64,000 nt of DNA from Squalus acanthias (lineage: Eukaryota), in contig CM059433.1 in NCBI GenBank assembly GCA_030390025.1, forward strand, positions 12,526,001 to 12,590,000, in the 5' to 3' direction. This document shows, one piece after another, positions 23,058 to 35,329 of this stretch. A program made the translations under genes and the position numbers. Below the pieces are notes generated by a model. It saw only the letters and a list, made by a program, of their open reading frames with translations, did no database searches and had not been told where the DNA came from. The first letter of the stretch is position 1, and each line of letters starts with the position of its first letter.

Positions 23058-25714
23058 TTGGAAGAAGTATTAATCAGGAAATAGTTGGGGCATGTAATAA
23101 GGGAACAGCTATAATTATGGGGGATTTTAACTATCATATTAACTGGACAAATCAAATTGGGCAGGGCAGCCTTGAGGAAGAGTTTATTGAGTGTCTTAGG
23201 GATGGATTTCTTGAGCAGTATGTAACTGATCCTACAAGGGGGCAAGCAACCTTGGACCTGGTACTGTGTAATGAGTCTGGATTAATTAATAATGTCCTAG
23301 TTAAGGATCCCCTTGGAATGAGTGACCATAACATGGTTGAATTCCATATCCAATTAGAGGGTGAGAAGGTTGGTTCTCAAACAAGCATACTGAGCTTGAA
23401 TAAAGGAGACTATGATGGCATGAGAGCAGAATTGATTAAAGTGGACTGGGAAAATAGATTAAAGGGTAAGACGGTACATGAGCAGTGGTGTTCATTCAAG
23501 GAGTTATTTTACAACTTTCAAAATAAATATATTCCACTGAGGAAAAAAGGGTGTAAAAGAAATGACAGCCATCCATGGCTAAGTAAAGAAATTAAAGAAA
23601 GTATCCAACTAAAAACAAGGATATATAAGGTAGCCAAAGTTAGTGGGAGGATAGAAGATTGGGAAGTCTTCAAAAGACAACAAAAAGTAACTAAAGGATT
23701 GATTAAGAAAGGGAAAATAGACTATGAAAATAAATTAGCAAAAAATATAAAAACAGATAGCAAGAGTTTCTATAGTTATATAAAAAGAAAAAGGGTGGTT
23801 AAGGCAAACGTAGGTCCCTTAGAGGATGAGACTGGGAAATTAATGGTGGGAAACATGGAGATGGCAAAAATGCTGAACAAATATTTTGTTTCAGTCTTTA
23901 CGGTAGAGGACACTAAGAATATCCCAACACTGGACAAACAGGGGGCTCTAGTGGGGGAGGAGCTAAATACGATTAAAATTACTAAGGAATTGGTACTCAG
24001 TAAAATAATGGGACTCAAGGCGGATAAATCCCCTGGACCTGATGGCTTACATCCTAGGGTCTTGCGGGAAGTGGCAGTAGGAATTGTGGATGCTTTGGTA
24101 ATAATTTTCCAAAACTCCCTGAACTCAGCAAAGGTCCCGGCAGATTGGAAAACTGCTAATGTAACACCCTTATTTAAAAAGGGTTGTAGGCAGAAGGCTG
24201 GGAATTATAGATCAGTTAGCCTAACATCTGTGGTGGGTAAAATTTTGGAGTCTATTATTAAGGAGACAGTAACGGAACATTTAGATAAACATAATTTAAT
24301 AGGACAAAGTCAGCATGGCTTTATGAAGGGGAAGTCATGTCTGACAAATTTGCTCGAGTTCTTCGAGGACATAACGTACAGGGTGGATAAAGGGGAACCA
24401 GTGGATGTAGTGTATTTAGACTTCCAGAAGGCATTCGACAAGGTGCCACATAAAAGATTATTACTCAAGATAAAAAATCACTGGATTGGGGGTAATATTC
24501 TGGCATGGGTGGAGGATTGGTTATCTAACAGGAAGCAGAGAGTTGGGATAAATGGTTCATTCTCGGACTGGCAACCAGTAGCCAGTGGTGTTCCGCAGGG
24601 GTCGGTGCTGGGTCCCCAACTCTTTACAATCTATATTAACGATTTGGAGGAGGGGACCGAGTGTAACATATCAAAGTTTGCAGATGATACAAAGATGGGA
24701 GGGAAAGTAGAGAGTGAGGAGGACATAAAAAACCTACAAGGGGATATAGACAGGCTGGGTGAGTGGGCAGAGATTTGGCAGATGCAATACAATATTGGAT
24801 AATGTGAGGTTATGCACTTTGACAGGAAAAATCAGAGAGCAAGTTATTATCTTAATGGCGAGAAACTGGAAAGTACTGCAGTACAAAGGGATCTGGGGGT
24901 CTTGGTGCAAGAAAATCAAAAAGTTAGTATGCAGGTGCAGCAGGTGATCAAGAAAGCCAATGGAATGTTGGCTTTTATTGCTAGGGGGATAGAATATAAA
25001 AACAGGGAGGTATTGCTGCAGTTGTATAGGGTATTGGTGAGACCGCACCTGGAGTACTGCATACAGTTTTGGTGTCCATACTTAAGAAAAGACATACTTG
25101 CTCTCGAGGCAGTACAAAGAAGGTTCACTCGGTTAATTCCGGGGATGAGGGAGTGGACATACGAGGAGAGATTGAGTAGATTGGGACTCTACTCATTGGA
25201 GTTCAGAAGAATGAGAGGCGATCTTATTGAAACATATAAGATTGTGAAGGGGCTTGATCGGGTGGACGCGGTGAGGATGTTCCCAATGATGGGTGAAACT
25301 AGAACTAGGGGACATAATCTTAGAATAAGGGGCTCCTCTTTCAAAACTGAGATGAGGAGAAACTTTTTCACTCAGAGGGTAGTGGGTCTGTGGAATTTGC
25401 TACCCCAGGAAGCTGTGGAAGCTACTTCATTAAATAAATTTAAAACAGAAATAGACCGTTTCCTAGAAGTAAAGGGAATCAGGGGTTACGGGGAGCGGGC
25501 TGGAAATTGGACATGAGTTTGAGTTCGGATCGGTCAAGGCCCTGTGGGTGGCGGAGCGGGCCCAGGGACCGAGTGGCCTGGTCCTTCTCCTGCTTCTTGT
25601 GTTCTTTAGAGTTGAGGTTGGATCAGATCAGCCATGATCTCATTGAATGGCGGAGCAGGCTCGAGGGGCCGATTGGTCTACTCCTGCTCCTATTTCTTAT
25701 GTTCTTATGTTCTT
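23058..25714 (+). mobile_element. Young 5'-truncated CR1 with duplicated 3'UTR
   Basis: Long ORF2 followed by two successive 3'UTR-like units (~25515-25608 and ~25609-25714). Confidence 0.92.
23060..25516 (+). pseudogene. CR1 ORF2 (partial APE + RT) with a single in-frame stop
   Basis: MGDFN, SDH, YLDFQKAFDKVPH, GVPQGSVLGP and FADD motifs. ORFs 23117-24802 and 24812-25516 are in the same frame, separated by TAA at 24800-24802. Confidence 0.92.
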
Positions 25715-26458
25715 ATGATCATATTGAATGGCGGAGCAGGCTCGAAGGGACAAATGGTCTACTGCTGCTCCTATTTTTCTATGTTTCTATGTTTCATGTG
25801 TTGTCCCATTGTACATCACCCAGGTAATACATGTACTGATGCGCTACAGTCTCTTTACTTTATTGGAAGGAGTAGATGTGGAGGCAACCTGAGCGATCCA
25901 CTGAGGAGCTGCTCCTGGTTCCTCTGGTTGCTTACCTCTTTGTGCTGCAGACTTGTGTGCTAAATTAGCTTGTCTTATTTCGGCTTGCTTGCTTTTGGGA
26001 TTGCTCTGCTTGTGATCCAGATGCAGATAGAGCCAATTTGAGGAGCACTCAGCTGTTCCTCTTGGTCTCCATCTCCCAAACCCCCACCATCGCCATTAAT
26101 CAACTTGCAGACAAACAATTCCATTGCCATGACATCTCTGTACCTCTCATTGATGCTTCTCTGGAGTCTTTCTGCCAACACACGGCCATCTGTTATCTCG
26201 CCTTGGATTTTGGACCCCAATGCAGTGGTTGCATTCATGAGAGATGCTGCAACTGTGCTTGCTGACCTGAGGGGTTTAGCCTGCTGATACTTTCCACCCA
26301 TGTGCACTCAGTGCCTTCTGCTGAATACTTCTTTTTTCTATAAGAAGAAAAATATATATTCAACGAGTAACTGCATTGTTCAGTGTGTTTAGGCTGCAGC
26401 ACAACACTAGAAAGAGAAAGGTCACGATAACTCTCACTAAGCCATCTGCATTTCCTGT

Positions 26459-26783
26459 TGGTGCCGTCTTTCGGATCAGACGTTAAACCGTCTGCCCTCT
26501 CAGGTGGATGTAAAAGATCCCATGACACTATTTCTAAGAAGAGCAAGTGAGTGTTTCCCCGGTGACCCGGTCAATATTTATCCCTCTCCCTCAACCAACA
26601 TTACCACAACATTACCTGGCCATTATAACATGGCTGTTTGTGGAACCTTGCTGTGCGCAAATTGGCTGCTGCATTTCCGACAACAGTGACCACAGTTCAA
26701 AAGTACTGCATTGGCGGCGAAGCACTTTGGGAACATCCTGAGGTCGTGAGAGGCGCTATATAAATGCAAGTTCTTTCTTTCTT
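26459..26783 (+). mobile_element. DeuSINE (SacSINE1-like), 5'-truncated
   Basis: Matches 38256-38585. Confidence 0.8.
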
Positions 26784-27024
26784 TGATGGCAGCCCATATT
26801 GTAGAGGGGAAAGGGGTGCAAGAGGGGAAAAAGTAATGTTAGGCGCTGAGATATTATAGAATATTTTTTTTTTTAAATGGTGAATAGAAGTGAAGGGGAG
26901 GAGCGGGCAAATTCCTACCAAAAGAACTTTAAGATCAGCCCTTAGTGGGTTTCCCCATAGTACCCGGAACAAGCAGTTGCCCTTGCCCTCCCATCATTGA
27001 GTATGATGTACTTGTCAGTATAAT

Positions 27025-27749
27025 GGCCCGTATTTTCCGATCGGAGGCTTCCCACGTGCGGAGGCCTCCGATCTGGAAAAAATCTCCGCACTTACCTGAG
27101 GGCTCCCGAGGTGCGTATAGTTCCGATGCTGGACCTCTCCAAACTCCAAGTGCGCAGGGCCCACGTATCCCAGGGGCGCAGGTGGTTTGCTAAGAGTCCC
27201 TGGGATCACGTGGGCCATGGGGAGCCAATAGGAGAAGGGAATCTCCCTTCATACACTTGACAGATAGACCTGTCAAATATATGAATGGAGATCACCCCAA
27301 AAACACTTCAAAACATTAAATAAATTAAAAAAAAATCACATTTTTAAAATTAGTTGAAATTACAACAAATTAAATATTTTAAATAAAAATTTAATTTTTT
27401 GAAAAAAATAATTAATTTTTGTTACGGGGCTAAAAATAAGCTTACCTTTTTTAAAGTATTTTTAAATGATAAATGACTGAAAAAATTTTTTTTGTTTGTT
27501 TTACTTTTTTTCAACTCTTATCCTGGTAAAAGCAGGCCTTATGCCTGCTTTTACCAGGCGTAAGATTTCTAAGGGTTTTCTGCGGGCGGAGGTTCTCCAG
27601 AAAGCGGAACTATCCGCCCGCAGAGGCCCTTCTCCAGGGCAGGCGTCCGATCTGTCAAGAGCTGTGCACGCCTGAAACCGGCATTTCCGATGTCCCTACG
27701 GGTGGGTACACAGCTCGTACCCACCCGTAGGGATCGGAATATCCGGGCC
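27025..27749. mobile_element. Harbinger-type MITE
   Basis: TIRs ggcccgtattttccgatc / gatcggaatatccgggcc; internal sequence shared with 28549-29169; flanks aat/att. Confidence 0.75.
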
Positions 27750-28269
27750 ATTGTTGTTTAACTGAGATTCTAGCTTGCATGTCCTTTTAGTGTGTGTGAG
27801 CCGGGTCACTCTGGTGTGTTGCAGGGATCCATCTCCAGGAGAAGACTTGTCCCGTTTCTCAGAGGACCTGCCCTGATCCACATCAGTGTATTTCGTGCCA
27901 TCACCTTCCCCAGCAGAAATCAGCTAATTCATCTCAGACTGGGGATTAAACTGGGACTTTGCTTGCCTGTGTTGCTTAGCTACTCACTGGATCAATTTGC
28001 TGATCCATTGGGGGGCCTGTAATTAATTTTTAAAGAGAGATACTTGAAGACGATTGCCTTTCGTTTAGTTTTCTGTACCTTACTTCATATATATTTGTAA
28101 ACGGCAAGTCAAAAATTGACTAGGTTTCAGATCCAGCATTGGTCCAGTCTTGCAAGGGGCTGTTAGTTACAACAAGCACCGCCACTAACAAGACACAGCA
28201 TTACCGTATTTACCATTCGTTTTTTTTTTATTATCACAAATATGTAGAGGCACGCATGTGGAAAAAGTA

Positions 28270-28345
28270 TTCTGAAATAAAGACAGAAAGTGCTGCAAGA
28301 CACTCAGCAGATCAGGCAGCGTCTATGGAGAGAGAAACAGAGTGA
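28270..28345 (-). mobile_element. PLE family B pLTR remnant
   Basis: Matches arm 170-240. Confidence 0.7.
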
Positions 28346-28347
28346 AT

Positions 28348-29420
28348 GGGGGCAATTTTAACCCCCCTCACCCCACCACGACAGGCAGAAGAGGGTGGGG
28401 GGGGGGGGGAGAGGACGTTAAATCGGTAAATATGTGAAACCCCAACTCGAACCCGCCGCGAACGCACCTACTTCCAGTTTAACTGTGGCGAGTTCGGGGG
28501 GGGGCACCTGAGTAACCTGCTCTGGAGGGGCGGGCCTGTGATTATAATGGGCCGGATGATCCAATCGCAAGCGTCCCTGGGATCACGTGGGCCATGGGGA
28601 ACCAATCAAAGAAGGGAATCCCCCTGCACACTTTTGACAGGTCTCTCCGCACAGATCTGTCAAAAGTATGAATGGGGATCACTTAAAAAACAAGAGTTAA
28701 ATATTAAAAAATTTTTTTAATCACACATTTAAAATTAGTTAAAATTACATTAAATTAAATATTATAAACAAAAATTTAAATTTTTTGAAAAAAATAATTA
28801 AAGTTTTTTACGGGGTTAAAAATAAACTTACCTTTTTTAAAAGTATTTTAAAATTATAAATGAGTGACATTTTTTTTTTTTACTTTTTTTTAAACTCCTA
28901 TGCTGGTAAAAGCAGGCCTTACGCTTGCTTTTACCAGGCGTAAGATTTTTAAAGGTTTTTAGTGGGCGAGGTTGTGCAGAAAGCGGAATTCTCCCCCCGC
29001 GGAGACCCTTCTCCCGGGCAGGCGGAGGATCTGTCAAGAGGATTCTCGACAGATCGGAAATACCGGGTTTTAGTGCATGCGCTTCGCATGCCTGAAACCG
29101 GCACTTGCGAGGCCCCTACGGGTGCGTGCACACCTCGTATGCACCGGTGGGGGTCAGAATAGCCGGCCCAATATGTTAGTGAGGCTCCGACCGTCATATT
29201 TTGGCTGCATTTAAATTTAACGGTGGTCGGCCGGGTTTCCCAGGGCTTGGGAAACCCGACAGCTAAAGGGCGGTTGGAGCTGCCGGATCCAGCAGGTAAG
29301 TGCTTTTTAGACCACTGCTTGTGGGCCAAGAGGAGCAGTAGAGCTCCCCTAGGCCTCTCAAGCAAATCTTCTGCTGGGATCGGCCGACCCCCCACGATCT
29401 GCCAACCCCTCCTACGATTT
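28348..29420. mobile_element. Harbinger-type non-autonomous element (right end unclear) containing nested MITE
   Basis: Left end gggggcaattttaacccc similar to 56115; gatccagcaggtaagtgc block shared with 56581. Confidence 0.6.
28549..29169. mobile_element. Harbinger-type MITE
   Basis: TIRs gggccgg / ccggccc; 3-bp TSD aat at 28546-48 and 29170-72. Confidence 0.8.
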
Positions 29421-30219
29421 TATTGTCTCTTTAATTCACCTCAGAAATGGCAGACCATGATATTATTCCTAGCTGGCCATAAAATTGTTACTTTGCAATC
29501 CCACAGCATCATATCACTGCTAAGCCACGGAGGAGTTATGAGGTAGAAGGGGATGGGACATTATATGGGTGCTGTTTTCAGCTATCACAGTTCCTTCTAA
29601 TATCTTTCACTAGACAAGTGCTAGATTTTCCTCTGAATTATTGCCCATTTTATGGTGTTTTTTGGGATGGTAAGTGGAGTAAAATGGGGTGATATTGTCT
29701 GTTGTCTCAAAACTGTTAGTCCAACATTGAACCAGAAGTAACCTCCTAAAGAATCATCAGTCCCATTCAGGGCCACTGAGAGCTCGCCCCAGTCCATTGA
29801 ATTGGGGCCATGTGGCTAACCCCTCTGACCCATCACAAACCAGCCCCAAATTATTACTGCGACGATATAAGTGGCTATAAGAGCACCACTAAGGTATCCC
29901 TGAGGAGGGCACGGCATTGAGAAGGCCATTTTATTTGGTGTAGCTGAAAGTCACTATTACTTTGCTTGTATCACTGTGTTAAGCACATTGCTGCTATTTT
30001 TAGTCTTCAAACAGTATGAGCTTTGGACCGGGAACATTAATTTCCTGATGGTTCCTACCATTTCTATATTATGAAGAGGATATTATGAGGATCTGGAAGG
30101 ATAGATTGAAGGCACTTGGAGTAAGAACAAAACCATGGAAAATGAACATTAACAAACATATTTGGAGCATTCACGGCACTCTCAAGGATTAACAATTGTC
30201 AATTGCTGACGGTTATAGC

Positions 30220-30927
30220 GGCACTACCATCGCCGAATCCCCCACCATCAACATCCTGGGGGTCACCATTGACCACAAACTTAACTGGACCAGCCACATA
30301 AATACTGTGGCAACAAGAGCTGGTCAGAGGCTGGGTATTCTGCGGCGAGTGTCTCACCTCCTGACTCCCCAAAACCTTTCCACCATCTACAAGGCACAAG
30401 TCAGGAGTGCGATGGAATACTCTCCACTTGCCTGGATGAGTGCAGCTCCAACAACACTCAAGAAGCTCGACACCATCCAGGACAAAGCAGCCCGCTTGAT
30501 TGGCACCCCATCCACCACCTTAAACATTCACTCCCTCCACCACCGGCGTACCGTGGCTACAGTGTGTACCATCTACAAGATTCACTGCAGCAACTCGCCA
30601 AGGCTTCTTCGGCAGCACCTCCCAAACCCGCGACCTCTTCCACCTAGAAGGATAAGGGCAGCAGGCGCAAGGGAACACCACCACCTCCAAGTTCCCCTCC
30701 AAGTCACACATCATCTGACTTGGAAGTATATCGGCCGATCCTTCATCGTCGCTGGGTCACAATCCTGGAACTCCCTACCTAACAGCACTGTGGGAGTACC
30801 TTCCCCACACGGACTGCAGCGGTTCAAGAAGGCAGCTCACTACCACCTTCTCAAGGGCAATTAGGGATGGGCAATAAATGCTGGTCTTGCCAGCGACGCC
30901 CACATCCCATAAGCGTATAAAAAAAAA
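30220..30927 (+). mobile_element. CR1-group LINE 3' fragment with poly-A
   Basis: ORF 30196-30864 SPTINILGVTID..IYKAQVRSAMEY; A-tail at ~30919-30928. Confidence 0.88.
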
Positions 30928-31059
30928 GACGTCATGGGAGACATTTGTTCCCTACATGCAGATACCCGGTCACCAGGGTTTACAGAGGATCGTACTTAGA
31001 TTTCTCTGAAGCTCAACTTCTGCCTGAAGACCTAAAGTCCACTTCCACTAGGAAAAAAA

Positions 31060-31240
31060 AAGAAAAAGAAAGACTTACATTTATATAGCGCCTTTCATGA
31101 CCACCGGCCGTCCCAAAGTGCTTTACAGCCAAGGAAGTACTTTTTTGCAGTGTAGTCACTTTTGTAATGTAGGAAACGCGGCAGAGAATTTGCGCACAGC
31201 AAGCTCCCACAAACAGCAATGTGATAATGACCAGATATTT
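31060..31240 (-). mobile_element. DeuSINE 3' tail
   Basis: Reverse of 38410-38585. Confidence 0.8.
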
Positions 31241-31895
31241 TTTTCAGCTAAAACAGCACGGTATGTAGCAATCTTGAATTTCTTTGCCACTGATCCTTCA
31301 AGGCAGCATCTGGTGATCTTTGCCACATTAGACAGACAGCAGCTCACCATTGCATCAAGAAGGTCACTGATGCTCGTTTCAGGAGCACCGTTCAAGTCCT
31401 ATCCTTTGCATTGGAATCAGAGAAAGAGAGAGAGAGAGAGCTATCCAGTTCTACAGACTGGCAGGGATCCACGAGTGCAAGGAACAATTGACAATTGTTA
31501 ATCCTTGAGAGTGCCGTGAATGCTCCAAATATGTTTCTTAATGTTCATTTTCCATGGTTTTGTTCTATTATTTTCCGTTGGTTGATGTTCTTTCCTATTT
31601 TATTAAGTGAGGGGGAAGGTGAGGTATTCCCCTTTTAGAGCTATGCTTCTGTTCTTGTTTAGAGAGTATCTTTGTCTCCACACTGAAGCGGTTACCACTT
31701 TTAATATTAACATGGTCGCTGAGGGTGTTTATCTTTCATTCTGAATCTCATGAGGGTTCCTAGCCCTTTGCTCGTTGAGTATGATGAGATATAATGAGTG
31801 AATTTCTGCCTGTGCAGGTATGGAATATTTCCTTCATACGTCTGTTATATCTTCTGTTATTTCCTACAGTAAGCTTTGTTGTACTTTGCCTTATT

Positions 31896-32547
31896 GGCCC
31901 CGATATTTACGGGGAGACGGGGAGGGTGCGGGTGAGGCTGAAAATGGTCGAAGAATCCGTCAAGGTCGGGGGATGCTGAGGTTCTGACGGTTATAGCGGC
32001 AGGACCTCATTATTATTTTGTAGGTCCGTCTCCCCCTCCGGCCCTCCCCTGGCCGGTGGTGGGGAGGGAGCACCAGCAGCAGGAGGCCGCAGCCGGGGTC
32101 CCTTGGGGCCGGGCCCCGGCAATCAGGAGGTGCGGGGTGGGGGGGGTGGGCCGTGATCAGGAGGGGTTGGGGGAAAGGTCGGCAATTGGGTCAGGGGGGG
32201 AGCAATCCTACTCCCCCTGGCCCACAAGGAGTGTTGAATAAAGGCGCTTACCTCGTGGAGCTGGTCGCTCCCGCCTCTCCTTTCACTGCTGACTTTTCCG
32301 ACTCCTGGGAAACCGGTGCAGCAGCAGTGAATTTTAAATCAGGCTCCCGACTACACTGTGAGAGCCCAATTTAAATATGTCAATTAAGAGTTCCGCCTCT
32401 CCATGGCGGGACACTCGAACGCCCCGATACCCAACAACGTAAAAAAGGCGACCAGCATGTGCGCGGTGGGTTAGGGACGCATTCCGTGTATTTCACTTTT
32501 TAGCCTATCCCGTCCGTCGTGGAGGGGCGGGGTTTAATATCGAGGCC
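31896..32547. mobile_element. Harbinger-type MITE
   Basis: TIRs ggccccgatattta / ttaatatcgaggcc; TSD att at 31893-95 and 32548-50. Confidence 0.8.
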
Positions 32548-32635
32548 ATTATGTGGCCTGCTAAAATCCCATGTTTCCCTGACTCAGGACTTGCAGTTTT
32601 TCCCTTGTTGCCAGCGCTGGTATTTTTACGTAATC

Positions 32636-34688
32636 TTTATTCCCTTAAAGAAAAGGGGTGGGACTAACAAATCTAGAGCCCCCTGGATGTCAAGGGGCAT
32701 ACAGGGTAGGATAAAGAAAAAAAGGGAAGCTTATGACAGATACCGAGGACTCACTACTGCAGAAAGCTGAGAGGAGTATAGAAAGTGCAGGGGTGAAATT
32801 AAAAAGGAAATTAGGAAAACAAAGAGAGGGCATGAAAAAATATTGGCAAGTAAAATCAAGGAAAACCCAAAGATGTTTAATAAATACATTAGAGGAAGAG
32901 GATAACTAAAGTAAGAGTAGGGCCTATTAGGGACCATAAAGGTAACCTGTGTGTGGAGGCGGAAGACATGGGTATGGTTCTTAATGAATACTTTGCGTCT
33001 GTTTTCACAAAAGAGAGGGACGATGCAGACATTGCAATCAGGGAGGAGGAGTGTGAAATATTAGATGAAATAAACATAGTGAAAGAGGAAGTATTAAGGG
33101 TTTTAGCATCTTTGAAAGTGGATAAATCCCCAGACCCCGGATGAAATGTATCCCAGGCTGTTAAGAGAAGTAAGAGAGGAAATAGCAGAGGCTCTGACCA
33201 TCATTTTCCAAACCTCTCTGGTTACAGGGGTGGTGCCAGAGGACTGGAGGACTGCTAATGTGGTAGCGTTGTTTAAAAAGGGAGAAAGGGATAGACCGAG
33301 TAATTACAGGCCAGTCAGCCTAACCTTGGTGGTGGGAAAATTATTGGAAAAAGTACTGAGGGACAGGATAAATCTTCATTTAGAAAGACACGGATTAATC
33401 AGGGACAGTCAGCATGGATTTGTTAAGGGAAGTTCGTGTCTGATTAACCTGATTGAATTTTTTGAGGAGGTAACAAGGAGGGTCGATGAGGGGAGTGCAT
33501 TTGATGTAGTCTGTATGGATTTTAGCAAGGCTTTTGATGAGGTCCCACATGGCAGACTGGTCACGAAAGTAAAAGCCCACGGGATCCAGGCAAAGTGGCA
33601 AGTTGGATCCAAAATTGGCTCAGAGGCAGGAAACAAAGGGTAATGGTCGAAGGGTGTTTTTGTGACTGGAAGACTGTTTCCAGTGGGGTTCTGCAGGGCT
33701 CAGTCCTGGGTCCTTTGCTTTTTGTGGTATATATCAATGATTTGGACTTGAATGTAAGAAGTATGATTAGAAGTTTGCAAATGATACAAAAATTGGCCGT
33801 GTGGTTGATAATGAAGAAGAAAGCTGCAGACTGCAGGAAGATATCAATGGACAGGTCAGGTGGACAGAAAAGTGGCAAATGGAATTCAATCTGGAGAAAT
33901 GTGAGGTAATGCATTTGGGGAGGGCTAACAAGGAAAGGGAATACACTATAAATGGTAGGACACTGAGAAGTGCAGAAGATCAGAGGGACCTTGGAGAGCA
34001 TGTCCACAGTTCCCTGAAGGTAGCTTGACAGGTAGATAAGGTGGTTAAGAAGGCATACGGGATACTTGCCTTTATTAGCCGAGGCATAGAATATATGAGC
34101 AGGGAGGTTATGCTTCAACTGTATAAAACACTAGTTAGGCCACAGCTAGAATACTGCGTGCATTTCTGGTCACCACGATGTGATTCCACTAGAGGGGGTG
34201 CAGAGGAGATTTACAAGGATGTTGCCTGGGCTGGGGATTTTAGCTATGAGGAAAGATTGGATAGGCTGGGGTTGTTTTCTTTGGAACATAGGAGGCTGAG
34301 GGGAGATTTAATTGAGGTGTATAAAGTTATGAGGGGCCTAGATAGAGTGGATAGGAAGCATCTATTTCCCTTAGCAGAAGAGTCAATAACCAGGGGGCCT
34401 AGATTTAAAGTAATTGGTCGGAGGTTTAGAAGGGATTTGAGGAGAAATGTTTTCACCCAGAGGGTGGTGGGGGGTCTGGAACTCACTGCCTGAAAGGGTG
34501 GTAGATGCCGAAACCCTCACCACATTTAAAAAGTACTTGGATATGCACTTGAAGTGCCGCAACCTACAGGGCTACGGACCAAGAGCTGGAAAGTGGGATT
34601 AGGCTGGAGAGCTCTTTGTCGGCCGGCACGGACACGATGGGCCGAAATGGTCTCCTTCCGTGCTGTAAATTTCTATGATTCTATGATT
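32636..34688 (+). mobile_element. 5'-truncated CR1 (same family as 1627-9535), decayed RT, intact tail
   Basis: ORFs 33146-33643, 33595-33909 and 34041-34493; tail ttctatgattctatga. Confidence 0.92.
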
Positions 34689-35329
34689 ATTTGTTTTCCT
34701 TAGACCCACCCACACTCACCACAGGGAATAGTTATTCACATATTTGAAAAACTTTATTTGGTTCCAGTGAAGCACATATTTTAACATTTGTTGTAATTTC
34801 CCCGGACGCAACAACAAAAGTGGAGGCTGAGCAAAAGTCTGCAAATGAGCAGTTTGGTTGTGCTAACTTTCTCTTCACTTCACAGATTGAATACGTTCTT
34901 ATTGGCCATTACCACGAACATTTACGACACAATAAAATCTGGGTCACAGCACCTTGCTCTGGTCTCTTTCTGTCTTGCATTTCTCTTCCGTGCCATGTGA
35001 TTCCATTGCTTCTTTTCCAGGCCACGTTAACAAGGCGCAGTCATGACGGATAATTCTATGGGAAGCCTTATCTCATTTGTTAGTAAGCACCCAGATGTAA
35101 ATTGTGCCAAACTGCAATATTGTGACGCTTGCACATAAAGCCGTTGTGATGGAAAAATGTTTGCAAGGCACCTTGGCCCCTGAAAATTGTCTGGAGGCGA
35201 AGCCTTGCCCAGAGTTAGTGGGAGGTCACATGATTTGCATGGTCCCCTCCGGGCACAAGTGCTACTGTTGGCATATCTCTGGCGCCTGCTCATCGCATGC
35301 AGCCAAAAAAAAAACAGGCGCATGTTCAC

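Noticed and set aside
31340..31440. Possible minus-strand exon (pyrimidine tract, DLNGAPETSISDLLDAM, GTGAGC donor)
   Set aside because: The tract is a (GA)n microsatellite, the peptide is unrecognised and no partner exons were found.
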